From positions 1 to 50,967 of the forward strand of contig NYYU01000041.1 of the NCBI GenBank assembly GCA_002685955.1: DNA of 50,967 bases, given 5' to 3'. Source of the DNA: Parcubacteria group bacterium (GTDB taxonomy: Bacteria > Patescibacteriota > Minisyncoccia > Portnoybacterales > UBA2143). Both the position numbers and the translations under genes were made by a program. Shown piece by piece: positions 29,282-38,880 of this stretch. How positions within the stretch are numbered: the first letter of the stretch is position 1; the number at the start of each line of letters is the position of its first letter. The notes under the pieces were generated by a model. It saw only the letters and a program-made list of their open reading frames with translations. It was not told the DNA's origin and ran no database searches.

Positions 29282-30835
29282 TTACATTTTCTCTGGGGCA
29301 TTAATGCCCATTAACCCTAAAGTGTTTTTTAAAATAATTTGAGTAGTTTTAACTAAATTAATTCTAGCTTGAGCTATTTTTTTATCTTTATCCAAAACTC
29401 GACACTGTTCATAAAACTTATGAAAACTATGAGCCAGTTCTAAAGAATAATAGGGCAAACGCTGAACTTGATAATCCCTAGCGATATCCTCTATCATTTC
29501 TGGAAATTTAATTAACTGACGGATAAGATTTAATTCGGTTGGATGATTTAATGAATCTAAATCTTTGTTGTTACCTTTCAACTCTGCCTTTCGTAGAATA
29601 CTACAAATTCGGGCATGAGCATATTGGATATAATAGACTGGATTTTTAGCTGATTGCTCTTGGGCTAAAGCTAAATCAAAATTCAAATGAGTATCAGCTG
29701 ATTTTTGTAAAAAGAAAAATCTGACTGCGTCCGGACCAACCTTATCAAGTAATTCATCCATTTCTACATAAAGCCCGGCTCTTTTAGACATTTTTTGTTT
29801 TTCACCTTTGTCTAAAATAGTTACAAACTGTAAAAGAATAACTTTTAATTTATCCTTATGGCCAATTGCCTCTACGCCAGCCATTAAGCCTGGGACATCT
29901 CCATGATGATCAGCTCCCCAAATATTAATCACTTGATCAAATTTTTTATCCTCAAACTTATACCGATGCAAAGCAATATCACCGGCTAAGTATGTATTAT
30001 TCCCATCCTTCTTAATCATGACCCTATCTCGTTCATCTCCAAACTGTTTTGACTTAAACCATTCAGCCTCATCTTTCTCATAGATTAAACCTTTTTTCTT
30101 TAAAAAACTCAAGGCTTGATCAACTTTTTTTAATTGGTGCAAATCTGATTCAAAAATCCATTCGTCATATTTAACCCCTAGTTTATCAGTAGTTTTCTGG
30201 ATTAAGTCTTTAATAATATGTTTAGCGGCTAATTGGCCCGCTTTAAATGGGTCTTTTTCTTTGATTTTTTTATTTAATTGATCAATATATTCACCCTGAT
30301 ATTTTGCTTGATCATCTTTTAAAACAGAATGGCCCAGAGTCAAAATCTGCATACCAGCATCATTAACATAAAAAGCTTTTTCACATTTAAAACCTGCTTT
30401 ATTCAAAATATTAGCTAAAACATCACCAAGGGGTCCGCCTCGGGCGTTACCCACGGTTAAAGGACCAGTCGGATTAGCTGAAATAAATTCAACTTGGACT
30501 TTTTTATCCTGACCAACATCTAAACTCCCATAATCATCTCGTTTGCTTAAAATCTCAGAAACTTCTTCAGTTAAAGCATTTTTAGATAAAAAGAAGTTTA
30601 TAAAGCCCTGCCCGCTACGCTTCGCGTAGCGATGCGGGCGGGCGGGACCGACAACTTCTATCTTTTCAAATAGTTGATTATCTTTTAATTTACTGATAAT
30701 CTTTTGAGGATCAATCTTAGTTTGCATGGCCACATTAGTTGAAAAATCGCCAAATTCAAGATTAGCCGGATGCTCTAAATGAACATCTTTTTTAACAATG
30801 TCTTTAATTAATTTTTCTATTTCCCCACGAAGCAT
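29282..30835 (-). CDS. argS: Arginine--tRNA ligase
   Basis: EFISANPTGPL, YVNDAG, GADHHG, KMSKR and YIQYAHAR motifs. Confidence 0.96.
   Translation of the reverse strand: MLRGEIEKLIKDIVKKDVHLEHPANLEFGDFSTNVAMQTKIDPQKIISKLKDNQLFEKIEVVGPARPHRYAKRSGQGFINFFLSKNALTEEVSEILSKRDDYGSLDVGQDKKVQVEFISANPTGPLTVGNARGGPLGDVLANILNKAGFKCEKAFYVNDAGMQILTLGHSVLKDDQAKYQGEYIDQLNKKIKEKDPFKAGQLAAKHIIKDLIQKTTDKLGVKYDEWIFESDLHQLKKVDQALSFLKKKGLIYEKDEAEWFKSKQFGDERDRVMIKKDGNNTYLAGDIALHRYKFEDKKFDQVINIWGADHHGDVPGLMAGVEAIGHKDKLKVILLQFVTILDKGEKQKMSKRAGLYVEMDELLDKVGPDAVRFFFLQKSADTHLNFDLALAQEQSAKNPVYYIQYAHARICSILRKAELKGNNKDLDSLNHPTELNLIRQLIKFPEMIEDIARDYQVQRLPYYSLELAHSFHKFYEQCRVLDKDKKIAQARINLVKTTQIILKNTLGLMGINAPEKM
30608..30643. 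repeat. 36-bp GC-rich palindromic in-frame insertion in argS
   Basis: Core cgctacgc-ttc-gcgtagcg; splits GP|GFINF with ARPHRYAKRSGQ. Confidence 0.8.
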
Positions 30836-30947
30836 GCTTTTATTCTAGCTTATTTACTCATTTCCCTCAAGTATAAAATTATGCTTGTTGATAATCGCTT
30901 TTTTATGGTAAAATTAAATTAATTAATAATTATGAAAGGATACCATT

Positions 30948-32837
30948 ATGGCAAATAAATTTGAACAACCAAATCAAGAAACAAAAGAAGAACCTTTAAT
31001 TAAGGTTGTTAGTCCTGTAGGGGCTGAAGGGAGGAAAATAAGTGAAAAAACAATAGATAATGCCCAGAGGACAATTGATGAATTAAAATTTGAAAAAGAT
31101 ATAAAGAAAAAACAAAAAGAAGGAGTTTTACTCTCTAAAGAAGAAACAGCTAAATTAAGAGAATTAGAAAAAGAAGCAGAAAAACATGAGGATTTAGAAA
31201 AAAAGAAAGAATTAATTTTAGACGATGTTAGAAAAGAGTATGCTAAAATAGATTTAAACGCAGAAAAATACATTAAAGAAAATAAAGGAAAACTTAAGAA
31301 TGACTTTGAAGGCTATGAAGAAGCGAAATCAGCTTATTTAGAAGCATTGAAAAATCAACGGGTGAAAATGTATGAAAAAGCACTTAAAGAAGTGAAAGGA
31401 TTATCTCTTCCAGAATCAAAGAAAGAAGAAAAAAATAAAAAAATGAAAGAAAAAATGGAAGAGATTGTTAAAGAGACGATTATCAAAGAAGCCAATAAAT
31501 TGTATGATCAAAAAATGGATTTGAAATTAGAAGCTAAGGGAGAATTAGGAAAATTAGAAAAAATAAAGAATTTTACTGGCAAGATAGTTGAAAAATATAG
31601 GAGAATGCCTTTATATAAAAAGCTTTTAATTTCTGGTGGGTTAATAGCTGGCGGAATAGCAGCTGGCGCTGCTGGAGGAGCTACTGCAGCTGCTTTAGCT
31701 ACTGGGATGGTAACTGGTAGGTGGGCTCAAAGAGCTTTAGGTGGTGCAGCTACAGCAGTTGGCTTAGAAGCGTTAATTAAAAGGAGTCAAGAGAAAAAAG
31801 AAGGTAAAGAAGTATTAGCTGAGTTGGCCAATGAGTTACAAAAAAGCATTAAAGATAATGATAAAAAATTAGATAAAAAATTATTTGAATTAGAAGGAAG
31901 TAAGAAAGGACAAAAAACCCGACGATATATTATAGCTGGCGCAGCAGGAACATTAGTTGGTTCTGGCTTAGTTGGTAAAGCATTAAACGGTGTAGTTGGA
32001 GGTATTTGGGGTGGTGAAGGAGCAGAAAAAGTAACTGAAAAAGTAGTTGAACAAGTGCAAACAGAAGGATTTACTGAAACAGCTGGAAAAGGTGATTCAG
32101 TATGGAAAATGGCAGAAGATCAATTAGAAAAATATTATGGAGGAAAGTTTTCTGGATTAGATAAAGCCACTCAAACTCATCTTATTGACGCAGTCAAAGA
32201 TAAAGTTGCTGAAAATTCTGAAAAATTTGGTTTAGAAGATGTTGATAAATTAAAAGTTGGTCAGAAAGTTGATTTTTCAAGTATTTTTGAAGATTCAGCG
32301 CAAATGGATGAAATGTCGAAAGAAGCAAGCAGTTTAGTAGATAGCGAAAAAACAAATATTTTAAATAATAATAATAAGATTGAAGAATGGATGAGTGAAC
32401 ATCCTAAAGAAGAATTAACTTCTGAAAAAGTTGATGAGATTTTATCAGGAAAAACAGAAATTTCAGATACAGAAGTTGACGTAGCTGCAGAAGAAAGAAT
32501 TGCTTCTGAAATGAGCAACCAAGCAAATATTGAAATACAAATAGATGAAGCTGAAAATAAATTAGTTGAATCACTTGGATTTACTCCAGATGAATATAGT
32601 GCTATTGAATCTGTAAAAGTAGATTATTTATTAGAGCAATTACCTTCAAAATTTGAGGCATGGGAAATGTGGCATAATACGCCAACAAATATAGATTTGC
32701 CTCATGATGGAATTTATGGTTTTGGCGAATTTGGCCGACATATTGAATTAGCAGAATATATTCGTTCTCTTAATCCTAATGAAGGCGCAAAACAAATGAC
32801 AATTAGTCAATTTATGAGAGTTGCAGCTAGTAAATAA
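30948..32837 (+). CDS. Large coiled-coil protein with Gly/Ala-rich hydrophobic segments and a LysM-like region; candidate secreted protein
   Basis: K/E-rich N-half; LISGGLIAGGIAAGAAGGATAAAL and IIAGAAGTLVGSGLVG; KGDSVWKMA...LKVGQKV. Confidence 0.6.
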   Translation: MANKFEQPNQETKEEPLIKVVSPVGAEGRKISEKTIDNAQRTIDELKFEKDIKKKQKEGVLLSKEETAKLRELEKEAEKHEDLEKKKELILDDVRKEYAKIDLNAEKYIKENKGKLKNDFEGYEEAKSAYLEALKNQRVKMYEKALKEVKGLSLPESKKEEKNKKMKEKMEEIVKETIIKEANKLYDQKMDLKLEAKGELGKLEKIKNFTGKIVEKYRRMPLYKKLLISGGLIAGGIAAGAAGGATAAALATGMVTGRWAQRALGGAATAVGLEALIKRSQEKKEGKEVLAELANELQKSIKDNDKKLDKKLFELEGSKKGQKTRRYIIAGAAGTLVGSGLVGKALNGVVGGIWGGEGAEKVTEKVVEQVQTEGFTETAGKGDSVWKMAEDQLEKYYGGKFSGLDKATQTHLIDAVKDKVAENSEKFGLEDVDKLKVGQKVDFSSIFEDSAQMDEMSKEASSLVDSEKTNILNNNNKIEEWMSEHPKEELTSEKVDEILSGKTEISDTEVDVAAEERIASEMSNQANIEIQIDEAENKLVESLGFTPDEYSAIESVKVDYLLEQLPSKFEAWEMWHNTPTNIDLPHDGIYGFGEFGRHIELAEYIRSLNPNEGAKQMTISQFMRVAASK

Positions 32838-32881
32838 ATAATTTAATATTAATAATTAATAAAAAAATAACTAAAACAATT

Positions 32882-33202
32882 ATGAACAAGAAAAATATTC
32901 AACAAAACATTATTAAAGAACTTGGTTTAGAAGGTTTGCCAGAAGATAAACAAATAGAACTTTTAACTACCATGACTGAGTCAGTTTTAAAAAGAATAAC
33001 TATTAAAGTATTAGAACTATTATCTGAAGAAGATAAAAAAGAATTTGATCAAGTTCGAGAAACAAATGATCCAGATAAAATTAGTGAATTTTTAAAAGAT
33101 AAAATTAATAATTACGATGAAATAGTTGAAGACGTAATTAAAGAATTTAAGGAAGAGATGAAAAGCACAATGGCAAGTTTAGAAGAAGGTTTAGAAAAAT
33201 AA
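32882..33202 (+). CDS. Small acidic helical protein (DUF5663-like)
   Basis: IIKELGLEGLPEDKQ.ELL....E.V..RI.......LSEED..EF pattern. Confidence 0.65.
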   Translation: MNKKNIQQNIIKELGLEGLPEDKQIELLTTMTESVLKRITIKVLELLSEEDKKEFDQVRETNDPDKISEFLKDKINNYDEIVEDVIKEFKEEMKSTMASLEEGLEK

Positions 33203-33208
33203 TTTTTT

Positions 33209-33685
33209 ATGTCTGAAATAAGAGATAAATATCAGGAGCCACTTGAAGGCGATCCATCTGCTTTCAGCGAAAAAGTTGAATTAAAAAAGGAGGATTTTTC
33301 AAAAAAACCTTCTTTGCCAGATGAATCTGTTTCAAAAGAACAGGAAGTTTTAGAATTAGAAAAAAAATTGGCAGAGAAAAAGATGGAGTTAAATAAAGAA
33401 GTTGTGTCTAAAAAAAATGAAGAATCAGAGCCAGAAAAAGAAACTACCCCAAGACCAAATATACCGCCAGGCAAGGTTCAACAACGAGTTAAACAATTAA
33501 AAGATACCAGTAAAGAAAATCAAGTTAAAGCGCTTTGTGATCTAGCCTTTCAAAAGGGCCTTGATTTTGCTGTTGAAACAGCTAAAAATCTAGATAATGC
33601 TTATGTTTTAGATGAATTCCACGATACTCTAGTTGATGAATTGCGTGAAAAGCTAATTCAAAAAGGAGAGTTAAAAAAACTATAA
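33209..33685 (+). CDS. Hypothetical protein directly upstream of the coupling-protein-like ATPase
   Basis: Low-complexity N-half; structured C-terminus LAFQKGLDFAV..A..LDNAYVLDEFHD.L. Confidence 0.75.
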   Translation: MSEIRDKYQEPLEGDPSAFSEKVELKKEDFSKKPSLPDESVSKEQEVLELEKKLAEKKMELNKEVVSKKNEESEPEKETTPRPNIPPGKVQQRVKQLKDTSKENQVKALCDLAFQKGLDFAVETAKNLDNAYVLDEFHDTLVDELREKLIQKGELKKL

Positions 33686-33689
33686 TTTC

Positions 33690-36182
33690 GTGAGTATCAA
33701 TCAAATATTTTTATCTACAATTTCTCTCCTGATTCTGTCTATTATCATTATAGGCAGTCTCCTTTTTGTCCATCGCCTTAAAAACAAAGGGCAAACAAGA
33801 CGGGCTTTAAATATGAGCCTGTTTTTAATTACTCTGCCTAAAAAAACTAAAAATCAAGAACAATCGCCCAAGAACGAAAAAGAAATCATTTCAGTTATGG
33901 AACAGGTCTACAGTAGTTTAAGTAATATTCAGGCCAAGGAAAATACCTTTATTTACGGCCAGCCTCATTTAGTTTTTGAAATAGCTACCCCACAAATTGG
34001 TGAAGAAATTGCCTTTTATCTGGCCGTACCTAAAAATTACGAAGAAATTGTTGAAAAACAGATTCATGGGTTTTATCCTGAAGCTTCCATTGAACCAACT
34101 GAAGATTATAATATTTTCAATCCTCAAGGTGGAGTAGCTGGTAGTTATTTAAAATTAACTAAAAGCTATATTCTTCCTTTTAAAACATACCAACATTTAG
34201 AAACTGACCCACTTAACGAAATCACTAATACTTTAAGTAAATTAGAAGAAGATGGCGAAGGAGGAGCAGTTCAAATTATCTTCAGACCTACTAAAGTAAG
34301 GTGGCAAGCCCTAAGCCGAGGAATTGCCCAAGAAATGCAAAAAGGAAAAAGTTTTTCTCAAGCGAAATCAGCCAAAGGCAGTAATGAATTAGTTAAATTA
34401 ATTAAAGGATTTCAAGAAGATGTTAAATCTCCTAAAAAAGAAAAAACAACAGAAGAAGAAAAACCAACTATTACTTCTGGCCAAGAAGAAATTATCAAAG
34501 CCTTAGAAGGAAAATCAGCTAAAAAGGGCTTTGATGTAAATATCAAGTTATTGGTTTCAGCTAAAGACAAAGACAGGGCTGAGGAATTACTAAATCATCT
34601 AGAAGCAGCTTTTGTTCAATTTGAAGCGCCTGATCTAAATCAATTAAAACCAATCAAACTCAAAAATAGATCTTTAAAAAAACTAATCTATAATTTTTCT
34701 TTTCGGCTTTTTAATAAAAAACAAACAATGCTTTTAAATACTGAAGAATTAACTAGCGTTTTTCATTTTCCTACGGCTAGTACTGAAACGCCTAAAGTTA
34801 AATTCCTTAAATCAGAACAAGCGGCTCCACCTGCTAATATGCCTAAGCAAGGTCTCATTTTAGGAAAAAATGATTATCGTGGTGTAGAAACAGTTATTCG
34901 TATGCAAGAAGATGACAGGCGTCGTCATTTATATGTTATTGGACAAACTGGAGTAGGTAAATCTAATTTCTTAAAAAATATAATTCTTCAGGATATTAAA
35001 GAAGGCAAAGGAGTTTGCTTTATAGACCCTCATGGAAGTGATTTAGAATCAGTTATGGGTCAAATACCTAAGGAAAGAGCTGAAGATGTTATTTTAATAG
35101 ATCCAGCTGATATGGAAAGACCTTTAGGTTTAAACATGGTGGATTATAATGCAAAGTATCCAGAACAAAAAACTTTTGTTGTTAATGAATTAATGAGTAT
35201 TTTTGAAAAATTATACGATATGAAAGCATCAGGTGGGCCGGTATTTGAACAATATACCCGTAACGCTCTTTTATTACTAATGGATGATCCAAGCGAGAAA
35301 TTTACATTAATGGAAGTTCCTAAAGTTATGTCTGATAAAGAATTTCGTACTCGTTTGTTAGTAAAATGTAAGAATATAGTGGTTAAGGATTTTTGGGAAA
35401 AAGAAGCAGAAAAAACAGGTGGTGAATCTTCTTTACAAAATATGGTTCCATATATTACCTCTAAATTTAATGTATTTATTGCTAATGACTATATGAGACC
35501 AATAATAGGGCAATCAGAAAGTTCTATTGATTTTAGACAACTTATGGATGAACAAAAGATTCTTTTGGTTAATTTAAGTAAAGGCCGATTGGGAGATATT
35601 AATAGTCATTTATTAGGTTTAATTATTGTAGGTAAGTTATTAATGGCTGCTTTTTCAAGAGTTGATATTCCTGAGGAAGAGCGCAAGGATTTTTATCTAT
35701 ATATGGATGAGTTTCAAAACTTTTCAACTGATAGTATTGCTACAATTCTTTCTGAAGCAAGGAAGTATAAGCTTTGTTTAACTATGGCGCATCAATTTAT
35801 TGGACAATTGCCTGAAGAAATTAGTAAAGCTGTTTTTGGCAATGTTGGCTCAATGGTTGCCTTTAGAATTGGCGCTGAAGATGCAGAGTTTTTAGTCAAA
35901 CAATTTGAACCAATCTTTGACACTAATGATTTAATTAATATTGATAACTTTAATGCATATGTTAAACTAATGATTAACAACGAAACTTCTGAACCGTTTA
36001 ATCTTTCGGTCTATCCGCCAGCCAAAGATAATCCAGAAATCGCCCAAAAAATCAAAGAGCTTTCCAAAATTAAATATGGCAAGGATAAAAACGTAGTCGA
36101 AAAAGAAATTACTAATCGCTGGCAAGACACAGCTGTCACCGAAAGCCAGCCTCCATCAAACTCAGATATGGAAATTAGATAA
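33690..36182 (+). CDS. VirD4/TraD/TrwB-like type IV secretion coupling ATPase (HerA/FtsK superfamily)
   Basis: N-terminal TM; HLYVIGQTGVGKS (Walker A), IDPHG, YMDEFQNF (Walker B), LSEARKY, AHQ and GNVG motifs. Confidence 0.88.
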   Translation: MSINQIFLSTISLLILSIIIIGSLLFVHRLKNKGQTRRALNMSLFLITLPKKTKNQEQSPKNEKEIISVMEQVYSSLSNIQAKENTFIYGQPHLVFEIATPQIGEEIAFYLAVPKNYEEIVEKQIHGFYPEASIEPTEDYNIFNPQGGVAGSYLKLTKSYILPFKTYQHLETDPLNEITNTLSKLEEDGEGGAVQIIFRPTKVRWQALSRGIAQEMQKGKSFSQAKSAKGSNELVKLIKGFQEDVKSPKKEKTTEEEKPTITSGQEEIIKALEGKSAKKGFDVNIKLLVSAKDKDRAEELLNHLEAAFVQFEAPDLNQLKPIKLKNRSLKKLIYNFSFRLFNKKQTMLLNTEELTSVFHFPTASTETPKVKFLKSEQAAPPANMPKQGLILGKNDYRGVETVIRMQEDDRRRHLYVIGQTGVGKSNFLKNIILQDIKEGKGVCFIDPHGSDLESVMGQIPKERAEDVILIDPADMERPLGLNMVDYNAKYPEQKTFVVNELMSIFEKLYDMKASGGPVFEQYTRNALLLLMDDPSEKFTLMEVPKVMSDKEFRTRLLVKCKNIVVKDFWEKEAEKTGGESSLQNMVPYITSKFNVFIANDYMRPIIGQSESSIDFRQLMDEQKILLVNLSKGRLGDINSHLLGLIIVGKLLMAAFSRVDIPEEERKDFYLYMDEFQNFSTDSIATILSEARKYKLCLTMAHQFIGQLPEEISKAVFGNVGSMVAFRIGAEDAEFLVKQFEPIFDTNDLINIDNFNAYVKLMINNETSEPFNLSVYPPAKDNPEIAQKIKELSKIKYGKDKNVVEKEITNRWQDTAVTESQPPSNSDMEIR

Positions 36183-36205
36183 TCATTTTATAAGAATATA
36201 AAACT

Positions 36206-36799
36206 ATGAATAAATTAGAAATGGGTATTGAAAATATTCCTCAGGAATTAAATCAGGATAATTCTGAAAAACCAAACATTGAACAAGAGACAGAATCTGA
36301 TTTGGATGGAATGGCCGATCAAGAAAAAAGTATCTTAGAAAAATTTAGAGGCAAGGCTAAAAAAGTAGCTCTTGTTATGACTGTGGCCACCTCTCTGGCT
36401 GTTATAGGCTGCAAAGCGGAAAAAGCCCAAGACAATGTTTCTGGAAAAAATCAAGAGAGCGCGACGCATGAAGTCCAGGAATTAACCGAAGGAGAAAAAA
36501 ATGCGTTGGATCTAGTCAATGGGCTGAAACAAATACCCGAAAAATTACAAGAAGCTATAAAACAAGGAAAAGTAGAATCAGTTGGTCCTGCCCAAGATAA
36601 TGCTAGAGAGAGACAAGCCACTATGGATAGCATCCAAGCTTACTTTGACTCAGCAAAGAATAAAAGGGCTGCAATTGAAAACCTGGAATCAGCCTTGGGA
36701 AGCTTAGGTTTAGGCTCGCTTGATAAAGATGTTCAAAGAGGCTTGCTTAAAAAATTCGTTAATTACAAAAAAGCGCTTGACCGAACGGAAAAAAAATAA
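36206..36799 (+). CDS. Hypothetical protein with an acidic leader and an internal lipoprotein-type signal (cargo A)
   Basis: RGKAKKVALVMTVATSLAVIGC with lipobox Cys at residue 69. Confidence 0.75.
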   Translation: MNKLEMGIENIPQELNQDNSEKPNIEQETESDLDGMADQEKSILEKFRGKAKKVALVMTVATSLAVIGCKAEKAQDNVSGKNQESATHEVQELTEGEKNALDLVNGLKQIPEKLQEAIKQGKVESVGPAQDNARERQATMDSIQAYFDSAKNKRAAIENLESALGSLGLGSLDKDVQRGLLKKFVNYKKALDRTEKK

Positions 36800-36809
36800 A
36801 TTAATTAAT

Positions 36810-37076
36810 ATGAATAGTCTTGAAAAACTTAAACAAATATTAGAAGGTTCAAAGCTGTCGAGCCGAGACCAAAAAGCGCTTGTTGATCTTTTCTCGTCAG
36901 CAAAAGACGAAGAGCTGGAACCTGTGATTAAATTATTTTCTGAAAATCCGGAATGGATTGAAAAAATCAGCCATAACCACAAAATAAAACAAGAAGCATT
37001 GAAAAAGAGTGATGCAAATTTATGGCAGAAAATTATTCAAGAAGAAGAATCTCAACTCAGAGAATTAGAAAAATAA
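36810..37076 (+). CDS. 88-aa helical protein (partner A), paralogue of 37148..37420
   Basis: ATG at 36810 (MNSLEKL) removes the overlap and aligns without gaps to partner B. Confidence 0.75.
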   Translation: MNSLEKLKQILEGSKLSSRDQKALVDLFSSAKDEELEPVIKLFSENPEWIEKISHNHKIKQEALKKSDANLWQKIIQEEESQLRELEK

Positions 37077-37100
37077 CCCAAAACCAATGGCATAATTAAA

Positions 37101-37151
37101 ACCGTCTGCCTGAGGCAGACGGTCTTGTCTTTATTAATCCCTAAAAATCAG
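37101..37151. repeat. Direct repeat copy 1, containing a terminator-like hairpin
   Basis: accgtctgcc-tga-ggcagacggt then cttgtctttattaatccctaaaaatcag; near-identical copy at 38881-38932. Confidence 0.85.
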
Positions 37152-37420
37152 ATAGATTTATCAATTTCATCTAAAAATTCTTTTTCTTCTTTTAATATCT
37201 CGCTAAAATCAGCCTGTTTATTCCCCATAAAAATATTTTGTTTTTTCTTATAATTATTATAAACCCATGTTACCCATTTTTTATCTTCTTTGAACAATTC
37301 AAGAATTATAGAAAGATTATTCATAGGAGAATATCCAATAATATTATAAAGCTCATCCTGTTCTTGTTGTTTAAGATTAGATGATGATATTAATTTCCTT
37401 ATTTGTAATAATGTCTCCAT
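37148..37420 (-). CDS. 90-aa helical protein (partner B)
   Basis: 21/88 ungapped identities with partner A, including LFxE...W...NxKxKQ...IxxEExxxLxE. Confidence 0.75.
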   Translation of the reverse strand: METLLQIRKLISSSNLKQQEQDELYNIIGYSPMNNLSIILELFKEDKKWVTWVYNNYKKKQNIFMGNKQADFSEILKEEKEFLDEIDKSI

Positions 37421-37424
37421 GATA

Positions 37425-38045
37425 TTAAAAATCTGACGGTTTCATATATTCGTTCCCTTTTGTTATGGTCACTGAAGGATCTTGCTTTTTATTTTTATCC
37501 TCTATCTCATCATCTTCCACGCTATCTACAGGCGATCTTTTAATTTTACGCGCTTTTTCAACGCTTTCTCTCTCATCATCAGTTAATAAATCTAAAGGCA
37601 CATTATGTTCATTAATATGAGTTGGCACGAATCCTTCTAATTTAATTGAAGGATTATTGGAATCAAAATCAATTCCCATTTTTCCAGCAAGCTCTGATGC
37701 CCTTTTAATCCATCTTTCTCTTTCTTCTTGCTTTTGTTTCTTTTTCTTTAACACTTGTTCTATTCGCCTTTGCATACGCTCATCACCAGAATATTTATTC
37801 TGGTCAGCACCTTTTTGCTTCTCACTTATGGTATGTCTTTTTATCTCATCACCTGCTTCTGCTTTAGATAAACTAACAGTACCAGCAAGTAAAGTGCACA
37901 AGACCATTGTTTTAGCTACTAATTTTGACTTACCGCGCAATCCCTCTATAAATCCTTTTTCTTGAATTGCAAGCTTATCCAAATCAATATGTGGTTCTTT
38001 CTCGTTAGTATTATTAATATTTTCTGGAAACTTTTCTAAATTCAT
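37425..38045 (-). CDS. Hypothetical protein with an acidic leader and an internal Sec-type signal (cargo B)
   Basis: RGKSKLVAKTMVLCTLLAGTVSLSKAEA with AxA ending at residue 64; leader homologous to cargo A. Confidence 0.75.
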   Translation of the reverse strand: MNLEKFPENINNTNEKEPHIDLDKLAIQEKGFIEGLRGKSKLVAKTMVLCTLLAGTVSLSKAEAGDEIKRHTISEKQKGADQNKYSGDERMQRRIEQVLKKKKQKQEERERWIKRASELAGKMGIDFDSNNPSIKLEGFVPTHINEHNVPLDLLTDDERESVEKARKIKRSPVDSVEDDEIEDKNKKQDPSVTITKGNEYMKPSDF

Positions 38046-38182
38046 ATAGTTCTATTATATCATTTATGTTATTTTTATCAAGTATATATCTGTCGATTAT
38101 AACTTTTTTGTGATAAGATGATAGAGAAATTCGAAAATAATAAATTTATACAAAATTTGTTGTTAAAAGTAAACAATTTTTC

Positions 38183-38848
38183 ATGAAACCAACATATTTT
38201 CAATTTAATTGTAAAGAAATTGATAAATTAGACTTACATCAAGCCAATGCAGTTTTGAAACATAAACCAGATATAATAGTTCTTGAATATCCGAACAATA
38301 ATAAAACACCCGATCTACCATTTAATCAGTACTCACCTTTAAAAAAACCGAAGGGTATGATAAAAAGTCGTCTTAAAAAATTCCCAGATAAAGTTTTGAA
38401 AATTCATCCATGGGTTAAAGCAGATACTATAATGTGGAAGAATATTGCAAGTCTTTGGAAGAAAAATCATCAAATTTTAATTTACCCGGTAGATGCTCCA
38501 AGTGAGCTGACAAAAGAATGGATAGAAGTATGGAATCACACTTATCCCTGCGTAAAGAAAAACTGGGCTTGGTGGGTAAAAATATATTTACGCGAAAAGA
38601 TTATGGCTAAAAATATTCAATGGATACTAGATAATTATAAAAAAAAGAAAAAACCTAAAGTTTTGATATTTTTACAAAGTTTCCACTGGAATCATGTAAA
38701 ATTTCTTCTAGATAATCCGACTAAAAATGAAATCTGGAAATATTATTTTGGAAACTTTCCCGAAATAGATAAACAAAATATCAGAGGCAAAATAAGAAAT
38801 CTAAATAATACATTCTACAAATATTGGAATAAAATATCAGACTTCTAG
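38183..38848 (+). CDS. Hypothetical protein, possibly TraB/ChaN(TIKI)-like fold
   Basis: KPDIIVLE...REKIMAKNI...KVLIFLQSFH spacing resembles TraB/ChaN motifs; weak. Confidence 0.55.
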   Translation: MKPTYFQFNCKEIDKLDLHQANAVLKHKPDIIVLEYPNNNKTPDLPFNQYSPLKKPKGMIKSRLKKFPDKVLKIHPWVKADTIMWKNIASLWKKNHQILIYPVDAPSELTKEWIEVWNHTYPCVKKNWAWWVKIYLREKIMAKNIQWILDNYKKKKKPKVLIFLQSFHWNHVKFLLDNPTKNEIWKYYFGNFPEIDKQNIRGKIRNLNNTFYKYWNKISDF

Positions 38849-38880
38849 TTTTTACAACATCACACATCACTAGACATTTG

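Noticed and set aside
33690-36182. Conjugative element (ICE)
   Set aside because: No relaxase, VirB4, integrase or att sites are seen in the window.
36720-36809. N-terminal extension of the 118-aa ORF call
   Set aside because: It overlaps the upstream gene; the paralogue alignment supports ATG at 36810.
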